From: Strigamia acuminata
Lineage: Eukaryota
Assembly: GCA_949358305.1 (NCBI GenBank)
Contig: OX442314.1
Span: forward strand, 31,062,001-31,126,000
Direction: 5' to 3'
DNA length: 64,000 bases
The notes beneath the pieces were generated by a model. It was not told the DNA's origin and ran no database searches. It saw only the letters and a program-made list of their open reading frames with translations. Made by a program: the position numbers and the translations under genes. This document shows positions 12,051 to 22,256 of the stretch, piece after piece (position 1 is the stretch's first letter; each line of letters starts with the position of its first letter).

Positions 12051-13929
12051 TGGTTATGTAACTAGGTATACTCAGATATTTTATATGTTGGGTTTTTCTA
12101 AGCCGAGGCAAATTTACCTGCAGGCACGTCCCTTTTTAAATTGTAGTTTGATTGTTCTTTGCATTTTAAAACACTATGGGAATTATTCTGAAAGAAATTT
12201 CCTAATAATTCCTGTTTGACAGTTTCATTAGAAGGAAAACTAGTGTGTTTTTCAATGGTATTTTCGTTTGAATTTGGAATTTGGAGGATGCATGATGAGC
12301 TTCAATTCCAATGTCCAATCTTTCAAGAAATGACCAGTGGCTGTAGTGTTGTAATAAACCTTTATTTTGGTTTCCATCGGCTGTAGTAGTCACAGTTCAA
12401 CAAATTACTTTGTTTTATAAATATGTAAGCACATGGATAAGAACTAACACTTGGTGAATAAGCTGCTGGACATGTGACATCATGAATAGTGAATTATGAA
12501 ATATAATAAATATTTGCCCAAATCATTTTTATCATTTATCATAATGGCCAGCATGATAGCGTGTGAAATCACACAGGAAAACGAATAAAATTGTGAAAAC
12601 TGTCAAACTCGGGAGAAATAAATCACAAACTTCTCCAGCGATTGATGTTATTGATGACATTGAATTCAGTCTGTAAATTTAAAAGAAACAACTATTCGAA
12701 GTAGTAACGTTAAATTTGATAGTTTTTGTCAAAGAACTCGGTGAAAAAAAGCTAATTAAACCGAATTTAAAAAGTGATAAAAGTGTGTTATCCTTATCCA
12801 GTGCCGTTAAGAGCGATTTGAAAGGAACGTGTCCGTCCGATAATGATATAAGAAAACGAAAGAATTCATGTTTTGGAATGAAATCGTTCAATGTAAAGAA
12901 ATTAAGGAAAATTTCACCAGAAACTCCCATTTTGAACAAGGAACGTGAAAACCCTTAGAAACTGAAAATGAAGGCGACGGGAAGGAAAGAAACTGAGTCT
13001 TCCAGCCATACTTCCACGTTCAATATAAAAGGACAAACCCGTCATTTACGAGTTATGTTTTCAGTGATAATTGAAATTTAATTCTTTCATAGCTACTGCT
13101 TTATTTGAAGAGTTATTTTAGGTTTAATTCTACTAAATAACTATTTATGAATAATGAGTAGTTATGATGTCATATTAGTTAGCATTGAAATGAGTCGATT
13201 ACACACAGATTGCAAAACTGCAAATTAATACCTCATCTTTCAAGCTCACTGTAACATTTATCAAGAATTTGAGGAGTTTCCAGTCATCCTATTGTAAATT
13301 TACGCAATATTTTAATTATATTCTAATATTCTAAAAAACCTCATCACCATCAGACCAACCGTGTACTCATTCGGCGTCTGTGGAACTTACGTAAGGATAA
13401 AGGATTTCCAAACATTCCCTGACGAGCAGTTTTCGTACCTGCAGTTTTCTCGCGAATCTCGCCCTTCTATCTGACGAAAGGTTACAAAGGTCCGGACACG
13501 GCCCAGTGTGCCCAGATACCTTTACCAACGCACACGTAATAGGTTCGAAAAAACCGTACAAGAGCGGAGTCATTTCAAAGACATTTGTGAAAATAAGTTG
13601 GACCGCTCTTGACAATATTCTAATTGTAACAGGTGTCACCACTTGTTAACAACAGTGGTGCACCAACTGCTGTTGGCAACATCTTTTACCTCTGTCCATG
13701 TCCTCTATGCCTTCACAAATGAATCCCAACATTCTTCGTTAAAAGCGAGCCCATTGACAGTAGGAATCAATGCGTCGTTGAAGGGTGAGGTTTTGTAATG
13801 ACGAATGTGCACCAAAATTCGACACTTTAAACTTGTTAACTGGTGCATACAAATCTGAATTTATGATGTAGGAATGAGGGTGTGAATTAAAAGCCATTAG
13901 ATTCCAACAGTCGTTGAATGCAGTTCAGA

Positions 13930-14440
13930 CTACATTTTAGAAGATAGTGAAGCTTGTACTCACAATCGTCAATTGGCTTGCCTAATTTTGCGCATCGATT
14001 GAGTATTGCTTCGGCTCTGTTAATGTAAGTGTCTACGTGTTCTTTACTGCTCATTTTCAGCTGGGTTAATTCGCAAGCACTCCTCATTTGTAAATTTTTT
14101 GTTGTGGCGGCCATGTTCATCTTTATCTGCTCCCATAGTTGCCTCGCTCTTTTTATCTGGGAATATTTCAACACTTGTGGAGCTGTCATCATGTTTAACA
14201 TTGTGACATATGTGGCTGCGTTTTTGTCGTCCCACTCGTTCCACACTTTTTCTTTCGCATCGTAATCTGCCGCTCCTCGGCCTCTGCTACCATTTGTTAT
14301 AATGTGAACAAACGAATGGATTGGATTTAATGCAATTAAGCACGTCTACACTGGGTTACATTAAGTTGAGAATGATACAAAGAATGTGGCAGCGCCAAAA
14401 ATAGATGGGCGTCACCACGTGATAATACAAAAACACTAGC
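13930..14440 (-). mobile_element. Copia remnant: LTR end, PBS and gag (UBN2-like) fragment
   Basis: ...ATAACA-AA-TGGTAGCAGAGG (tRNA-iMet PBS, 14281-14292); ARQLWEQIK..L.QLKM...E.VDTYINR. Confidence 0.8.
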
Positions 14441-14444
14441 CTCA

Positions 14445-16290
14445 ATCAAGGCACATATTAACTGCACATTAAGCTCAAGACAACACTGCTCTGTAACACT
14501 GAAATAAATTCTCCAGTTCGTCAAATACATTTCTCTTTGTTATTGTTTCTTATTTCTTCTTCTTTTTTCTGTGTGTTCTTGTTGATATTTGTCTTTTGAC
14601 TTTTGTCTTTTCCTGCTTTTGTGTGACATTTCTTTTCATTAGGTGTTCACTTTAATGTGATTATTCTGCTTTGATATAACATTTAAAATAAAAACTATAC
14701 AGAAAACTTAAGCTCTACATCACTGTATCGAACGGAGTATCATTCACTTCCAACCGAATAAATGCAGTGAAATTAGGTAAATCTTTCTGATAGCTGAATC
14801 GAATATTTAGCAAGAGCTTTCATACAGTGTTGAACACACAAAGTGTATGTTTCCAGCATTGCTGTGGTGTTATAAAAATAAATGGTAGGTAGCGATGGAT
14901 CGTCGTTGCAAAGCAGTCTTCCGATAACCTCCAAATTTTACTGTCCAACATTCAAAGCTGAACGAACAAAATCGTACAACTTCATTAGTTCTTCTTTTTT
15001 TATCGCCCATAAACAGTCATTAAAGTCAACGCAAGAACTCGTGTTTCTTTCGATGTTCAAAGTCAATTGAGTTAAGGTTGCAGGAACAGTCCATCGTCTC
15101 AGTCCATCTTCAAGAATGACGATTAAAAGTAAAAGCAGCTTTTGAGATTGTGATACACTAACATGAGGAATTAACTTTGGTGATATAAACCATCCAATTT
15201 TGCACACTCTTGCAATATGGCACGGCACATCTTCAATATCAGTTTACAAATGTCATCATCAATCTCACCTTTGTTCCATCGACATCGGTGTTCCACTGAC
15301 AATATGCGTATGTAAATCTGATCCGCTATCCTGGTGATGGACTTCGGATATAACAAAGATTATTTGTTTCTTCTATCATTGATAAAAATTCCTCGCACGG
15401 ACTTATATATATTTTTTGTGTTGACATACTCTTTATGACATGTGTAAAACTCAAAACTTATGAGGCCATCTTGGAGGATTTCCAGAACAATAGTGATTAG
15501 GGTTTGACACATTGACAGTGTTACTGATGGCAAACGGTTCGGTAAAATGATCCACCTATTTTCGCATGTGTTTAAAATATAACACAGATTCAAAATGTTT
15601 GATAAATATCATAAAGTCAAACTCACCACCATAGCTTATTGCTTCTCCTTGATATTGAAAATATTTTTAGTAAATATAAAAAAAATTATTTTTTATTTAG
15701 TGGTTTTATCTTACCACTGCTAATTTTTTTTTTTATCTCAAAGTTGTTTTTTGTACATTTCATTATGTGAACATCTCCAAAGGCATATATTTTTTATTTT
15801 TGTCAACTTGGTGTGGGAGAAAATTATTAAATTTTTTGGTCTTTCCAGAAATAGAAAGTGCACTCCATGTTTTCTTGTTACTGGTAGAACCATCACAATT
15901 GAATCCATTGACTTGTCCCAACATGATGTAATATGTTGGGACCTACGTTTAATAAAGGTGCGAATCTCTTCCTCTTGGATACAAATCTAAGTGTAGGCTT
16001 GTCAGCATCCGAAACACGGTTTTATAATGCGGTACATTTTAAGCTTAGCTATTTGTATCATGCAGGAATGATGACTTGCAGTAAATCTTTTGCTGAAACA
16101 TCATCTAGTGTGGCATTTTGTGAAGCAAAATACAGGCACGGATTGCTTACACTCTTTGCTTACACAGACAAAAATAAATTCTAACGCATGATTGGCATAT
16201 TCACATTTCTGATTTTCTGGAGTTTGTTAACCCAAATTTACAAATCCATCAAATTTGAATGTTGATTTCTTGAAGTCAAAGTTTCAGTAG
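14445..16290. repeat. Duplicated block (other copy 51169-52912): unknown gene remnant plus P-transposase remnant
   Basis: Colinear match with paired ORFs (14938-15228 and 51689-51979, etc.); P-transposase motifs at 15750-16290 on the minus strand. Confidence 0.9.
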
Positions 16291-16371
16291 ACATGAATAC
16301 TTCAAGTAACTTTAAAAAATTAAAATTAAGATTTCTACTTTATTTTTTTAAATAAAAAAATAAGATGAAAT

Positions 16372-16663
16372 TTACCTTGTTGTTCGTGCAGTTTCTCTCA
16401 TCCCTCAAAATTTGGCTGCGAATCTGTGCATTTGTCATTTCTTCTTTGACTATTACGATTATATAAATGTCTGTTGTCGTCTTTCGCGCACCACAAGCAG
16501 ACGATCCCCATTCATCCCCTCCGGCAAGCTCTGTCGTAAAGCCATGCACGATACTGTTGATGTCAAATAATTTAAATTTTTCCGTAACAAAATATAAAAA
16601 GTAATTAATTTACTTACAAAGTTTTCCGTCTAACGATAGTGGTTGTTGCAGTGCTTGCGCCAT
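16372..16663 (-). pseudogene. Small spliced orphan gene, frameshifted paralog of 18860-19138
   Basis: ATG at 16663, phase-1 intron 16617-16554; CMALRQSLPEGMNG and CGA..Y..V...EMTNAQI...C. Confidence 0.65.
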
Positions 16664-17249
16664 GTTGGAAATGAGTGTCAGGTGTGTTGGAAATGAGTGG
16701 TTGGTAATGTTAGAAATGAGTGTTGGGTTATTTCTGAAAACAGTCCCGTTTTGAATTGAAAACTTCTCAGTTTAGAACGCAGATAAACATGATTAGAATT
16801 CAAATAAAATTACAAACGGAATTTCTGCCCGAGTATAGGTCTGGGGTTGCACTATTGAAAACATTCAATCAAATCATGTCTTTTCTTGTCGAATGCTATT
16901 TTCGTTGAAATTCATTTCTTCGTTTTCCCTGGTAATATAATGGAGTTTAAAAATTAGTTTAATTTAGCTTTTACAGTGGGGGAGCATAACTAAGTTAACA
17001 AACGCGACATGTAATGGGTAATAATGAATAACCCACACATGATAAAAAGGGAATAAGCTCTGACAGTAATTTTTTTTAAAATCATGCCTGTGCTTATTGT
17101 TTCTATCAAATGAAATAATGCTAGAAAATGTCGAGAGACCAGTCAGAATACCAATAACTGATCCAATATCGGAAATTAGTTTTCTCAGAAGTATCATTGT
17201 AAAGTATGCATTGGATCTTGGCTTCGAGTCAAGCAACCACTCGGTTGCT

Positions 17250-18150
17250 TAAATCTGCGTTGTACTGCAAGATTTTTTCTTGTTCTGACCGTTATATGGA
17301 AGAATGGATACAACCAGCGTAGCTTCTGGTACGCAGTCAATATGATGCAACGTCCGTTCCCCTCTAAAAAGGTGGTCAGTTTCGGGGAGGTGGCGGCGAT
17401 GGCGGAAACTTCTCCCAGATCGAGAGCGGTCTCGATATTCTGACGGCGGGGTTTTAATCCTTTCGGCGAGCGCCGCTGACCCCGGGAACGGCGAAATCGC
17501 TGGTGTCAGACTCATTGGAAATGATGGCTGGTAGCCGGGAGCTTCGACGGCTAAGCCAAACTTCACTGGGTAGTGGGGCTCCGGTGGGGCTGGCGGGTTG
17601 ACGTTTAGCCTTCACCCACTCGTGCCTGAGTCGGATGGCCAACCCGATGGGTTGTTCACCTCTGTCTCGCGCTTGACGAACTAGATCAGCGCGTTTCGTC
17701 GGCGGGTTTCCATTTTTCCAGTTCGGGAAAAATATGGAATTTTGTCCTCCGTATGAATGCCTTTATCATTGACCTCCATGATTCTACCGGACCATCTTTT
17801 TAAGAGTATATACGCTAATGTCTCTAGCTTTTTCTGTCTTTCTTCTAAAGTTTTACCATCTACTTCTAAATAAAATTCCATCAAAAAATAACAACGCCTC
17901 CAACTCCGTCTCGAAACTTGCCTCCCGCCATGTGCGACGCTGGAGGCCTGGTGGGAGTTGCGGGACGTCGATGAGACGAACTCTGTCGTTCTGGTCTGCC
18001 GTTTCTCCCGCCCTCCACGCCACCATACCAATAATCTCCTCCTTGTCAATAAGAGGACGCACTGTGTGGGCTCGCCAGCGGAAGGCCAAGTCGGCTGCGC
18101 GTCTGTCTAGCCATCGCTCGACATGCGCACGTCTGTCTGTGTGTTCTATA
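17250..18150 (-). pseudogene. Degraded homolog of element A ORF3
   Basis: WKNGNPPTKRADLVRQARDRGEQPIGLAIRLRHEW aligns with WESVRPDPPTMLAELTQQAEATGETPAGSAIRLRQEW. Confidence 0.75.
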
Positions 18151-18443
18151 CTAAACAATAATTTTTTGTAAAGATTTAATTTTAAAAAAATTTTCTATAT
18201 TTTTCATATTAGGGTCTTTACAGATTGTAAAATTTTATTCAACGGGATTTTGAGGGTTATACAAATCGATTATACCCATTGATAGGCCTTCAAGTAACCT
18301 AACCATCCTTTGTATTTATAATATAATTTCTAAAATCATAACTAATTAACATTCTATATTCTGTTTTGTTAGGCGCCACTTTAAAATTTGAATTATTTGT
18401 TTTATTAAATGGTTTTATAACATATAAAGTACAAAAATTCGAT

Positions 18444-18635
18444 TCATCCATATTTTCTTGGTTCATTAACAAGTACCGGCCGTGGCTCGACCACCGTCCC
18501 TATCATGGCCATTGCCTTACGTGCAGCCAGTGCGGCATTCCTCTGGTCACCTAACAGTATGTCTGCTTCCGTCAATACGAATAAATCTTCTGCGGTGAGT
18601 TGGGGATATTCTGGAAGTGGCGGTGCTGGTTCCAT
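18444..18635 (-). CDS. Small hypothetical protein (63 aa)
   Basis: ATG-initiated, GC-richer island in AT-rich flanks, on the same strand as neighbouring orphan genes. Confidence 0.35.
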   Translation of the reverse strand: MEPAPPLPEYPQLTAEDLFVLTEADILLGDQRNAALAARKAMAMIGTVVEPRPVLVNEPRKYG

Positions 18636-18859
18636 CCCGCCAACACTGTTTACAATTGTTTGATGGGATCACTATGGTTTTGCCTGTTGGATTTTTAATG
18701 TTAAAAAGGTTTTAATGTTGCAAATCATATTGTCTTAATAGACAATCACATAAATGATGATAAATTGATGATGATGATTATTATTATTATTCTGTAAAAA
18801 TAAAAAAAAATAAAAATAAATAAAATAAATTGATTAAAAATAAAGTTTTTTTACATCAA

Positions 18860-19138
18860 TTATTCACGAGGACACTCTATCTCGGCACGACGAATCCGTC
18901 GACCTATCTGCGCGTTTGTCAGCTCTCTAACGATCTTCACCGAAATATAATGTCTGTTCTCATGTGCCCCGCACATCAGCAACACGAAGCCCGTGAACCC
19001 TGGCGGTACATCGTCGCGTATTGCTTTGCACCGTTCTAAAATGGTGAAAAATTGAATTTTTTTTTGTCAGGTCCATTAAAAATCTTTAAAGTACTTACCG
19101 TATTTTTGTCGGAACGTTTCACAGTTATCGGCGTTCAT
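18860..19138 (-). CDS. Two-exon 71-aa orphan protein
   Basis: Exons 19138-19099 and 19035-18860, intron GTAAGT..TTTAG (63 nt), open after splicing; paralog at 16372-16663. Confidence 0.7.
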
Positions 19139-19434
19139 TTTGTATTTGAAAATTTTCCTTTTTCGTATCATGACTCTAATTATTTTTGTTTACTATCGAT
19201 AGGAAATCACTAATTGGTGGATGATAAAGCCCTCCCCCCCTTTTTTTTTTTTTTTTTTTTTGTTATCAGTTTTTTAAAAAGTTGACATTATGCCCAAAAG
19301 AAAATAAAAGAATTTTGTCAAAAATTTTAATCAGATAATAAAAGAAATTTTCAGTGAATGAATGAATTTCTGCATCCAATACATAACAGGAAATGTTAGT
19401 TTTGAGCTTTTTTAATATTAATATTAATATTAAA

Positions 19435-20090
19435 AACAAAATCGTACAACTTCATTAGTTCTTCATTTTCTATCGCCCATAAAAAGTCATTAAAGTCAAC
19501 GCAAGAACTCGTTTCTTTCGATGTTCAAAGTCAATCGAGTTAAGGTTGCAGGAACAGTCCATCGTCTCAGTCCATCTTCAAGAATGATGATTAAAAGTAA
19601 AAGCAAATTTTGAGATTGTGATACACTGACATGAGGAATTAACTTTGGTGATATAAACCATCCAATTTCGCACACTTGCAATATGGCACATCTTCAATAT
19701 CAGTTTACAAATGTCATCAATCTCACCTTTCCTCCATCGACCTCGGTGTTCCACTGACAATATGCGTGTGGAAATCTGATCCGTTATCCTGGTGATGGAC
19801 TTCGGATATAACAAAGCGAATGAGTAAGCCAAGCCTGGCATAATGTCTGTGGAACACAGCATTGTGAGATTGGTTGACAACCTTCTACTTCTACAATAAC
19901 TCGTAAATGTGAAAAACCAAGTGTAGAAGGTTTTTTTTATGAAAAGCTTCATCTTGATTGAAATTTGAATAACTAAAAAATATACATTTATACACGTAGA
20001 GACACCATGATGGTGCAATGTTAAACACGTTTTTAATCTCAGACTCGTACGTAGCCTCGAACACAAATACATAATAAAATGAGTACAATT
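19435..20090 (-). pseudogene. Third copy of an unknown gene remnant (LLYPKSITRI..., EDGLRRWTVPATL...)
   Basis: 19435-19817 matches 14965-15358 and its copy near 51.7-52.1 kb, but keeps different upstream coding sequence. Confidence 0.6.
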
Positions 20091-20149
20091 AACACTAGAT
20101 GGTGTAACAGCTTTCTTTTTTTTATTTTTTTCGAAAAATTAAATTTTTA

Positions 20150-20577
20150 CGGAGCATATCGCTCTGGCGGGTGGATAGTACCCGTGTCAACGATGGGCAG
20201 CTTCGCCTCAACGCATCCATTCTGTCGAATGCGATTTCTTCCTCGCTCAGAACCGGGATCGCCCCCGGTTCGCGTACCTTGGTTGGTTTCGTTTGTGGTG
20301 CAGGTGGGTCCTCCTGCTTCGGTTTCGACGGCACAGGAAGTCTTCTTTTTTCAATCACGCCCGTAGCTGGTAGCGGTGGTGGAGGGGGAGGAGAGGATGA
20401 AACGCTTACTTCTTTTCTTTCACTTCTTTTTTAAAAGAAAGAAAGAAAAAAATCGTTGTTAAAAAGAAGAAAACGTTATTAAAAAAAGAAAGAAAAATGT
20501 GATTAAAAAGAAAGAAAGAAAATATGATTGAAAAGAAAATATTACCTTTGTTTCGAGACATCGTAGATGTCACTCAT
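20150..20577 (-). CDS. Spliced Pro/Lys-rich orphan gene (5' part)
   Basis: ATG at 20577; phase-2 intron 20545-20426 gives open MSDIYDVSKQRSERKEVSVSSSPPPPP...; 5'UTR intron near 20650-20588. Confidence 0.55.
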
Positions 20578-20734
20578 TCTTCCCTTCCTATACATAAAAT
20601 AAAAAAATACAAAAAACTAAAAAATTTCAATGAAAAATGAATAAACTTACTCTAGTTCTGCAAGCGCTTCATCACAAGCGCGTCTCACACTAAATAAAAA
20701 TTTCTGCAATATGTAGCTGTCTGACATGATTGTG

Positions 20735-20780
20735 GACATCAAATGAAATATGCTCTACTTTTTTGCTCTTCTTATATACT
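20735..20780 (-). promoter_or_regulatory. TATA + initiator core promoter for the gene at 20577
   Basis: Minus-strand TATATAA followed about 30 nt later by TCATTT. Confidence 0.5.
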
Positions 20781-21009
20781 GAAGATGCAGGTGTTGCTTT
20801 GATTTTCAACATCCTTGATTACGTTTTATTTCCCTATAGGAATGACAACAAGTGTTGTCTTTCATACGTTGAATGAAAAACAATATCACTGATTGTTAAA
20901 AGACAACATCACTTAATTATTATTATACGACAAAATCACTTAATTATTGTTATAAAAATACAAGATGTGAAGAAAATATTTGAGTTTTGGCGTGAACGTG
21001 TCCGACATG

Positions 21010-22084
21010 TGCGGCGATCCGGGTTTTTACTTAATAAATCGAGGAGAATTATCAAGCAATCGTCGTAGAGATGCCGTACAGGACTTCTACTCTGTGGCCA
21101 AATGTTTGTCTAGGGGAATGATTTTACACAGAGTAAAGGAAAAATTAGATAGTTTTAATTAGTTCAAAATACAGAGGAGGTATTATTTAGCAAAAGATAA
21201 TGTTTGGGGGTCGATCTGGCTTCTTCTTCAGTATCTACACTCACGGTTGACCGTTGGCTCCAAGATGGCGTCGATGGCGTCGCGTGAGCGCGGGATTTTA
21301 GCGGAGTAAACTCAACGCTAAAATACGTTGCTAAAATATACTAAAATCCTCGCGGAGCAAGCTCAACACGAGAACACGTCTTGCACACAGCGGTTTGATT
21401 ATTACGGAGCAAGCTCGACGTAACAATCCGTCTTAACACAGTTCGCCTTGTGGAGTTAAACTCGACACAAAGCCTTCAAATTGACAGAGCAAGCTCAATG
21501 TCAATTCCACACAGAAATGGCTTAAATTACGTGTAGTAATTCAAGCAGAAAGGCGCTATTCCGTACAGTTGGCACGGACCAGCAATGAATCTCAACTCTT
21601 CCAGATATCACAGATCACACTTAGCAGGGTTTGGCATAAGTTTGACACAGATGTGAATGGTTTGGAAGCAGAATCAAGAATGCGGGAAGAGTGGGCCAAA
21701 ACCGTTTAGCTCACTCCAAAATCTGCTCAGAAAAGCTGCGCAGATGACGAGTTGCACAAAGATCACACACGGCCGCCTTCGGGTCGTGTGCAACAATTGA
21801 GCTGGGCACGCGCGAGGGGAAGGGATGCTCCGCCCAGGCACACGCCTAGCAGCATCATCAAAGCAATGCACGCTGCAGCGCGATTGGTTGACGCTGTTGC
21901 TGGGCCAAAACTTGCTGCAAAACACAATATTATTTGGGTAATATTGTGTCTTGTTTTATATTTAATTAATATATATTTTATTTCAATTTACATTGAAACA
22001 AAACATATAAACTTGTTGAATATGTTTCTAAGACAATTTGGAAATATGGTGCGCACTCAAATGGGAATATTTGAGGTCACCACA
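21010..22084 (-). repeat. Element A 3' LTR
   Basis: Direct repeat of 47004-48078; PPT (minus-strand AAAAAGGGGGGAAG) at 22085-22098. Confidence 0.97.
21295..21506 (-). promoter_or_regulatory. Array of five bulged RNA hairpins (TAR-like) in the LTR of A
   Basis: Five units of variable stem + UU/UC bulge + GAG-loop-CUC; G-U pairs work only on the minus strand. Confidence 0.8.
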
Positions 22085-22256
22085 CTTCCCCCCTTTTTAA
22101 GAAAGAATCCTATTCTTTTCTAAAAGAGACAGGTAAGTATGAGAATAAATACACAAGGTTTCAAAGTAAAATGGAACAGGATATATATTTATTCTTTTTT
22201 ATTACAATATAAAAATAAAAAAGTAATTATTTTTAATGGACGGGTATGTTCCCTAA

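Noticed and set aside
12200..13800. Short ORFs (12202-12393, 12716-12958, 13367-13642)
   Set aside because: No recognisable motifs; possibly decayed TE pieces but unsupported
21295..21506. Hairpin array as a CRISPR array or simple tandem repeat
   Set aside because: Only the bulge and GAG/CTC core are conserved; stems covary and spacing is irregular
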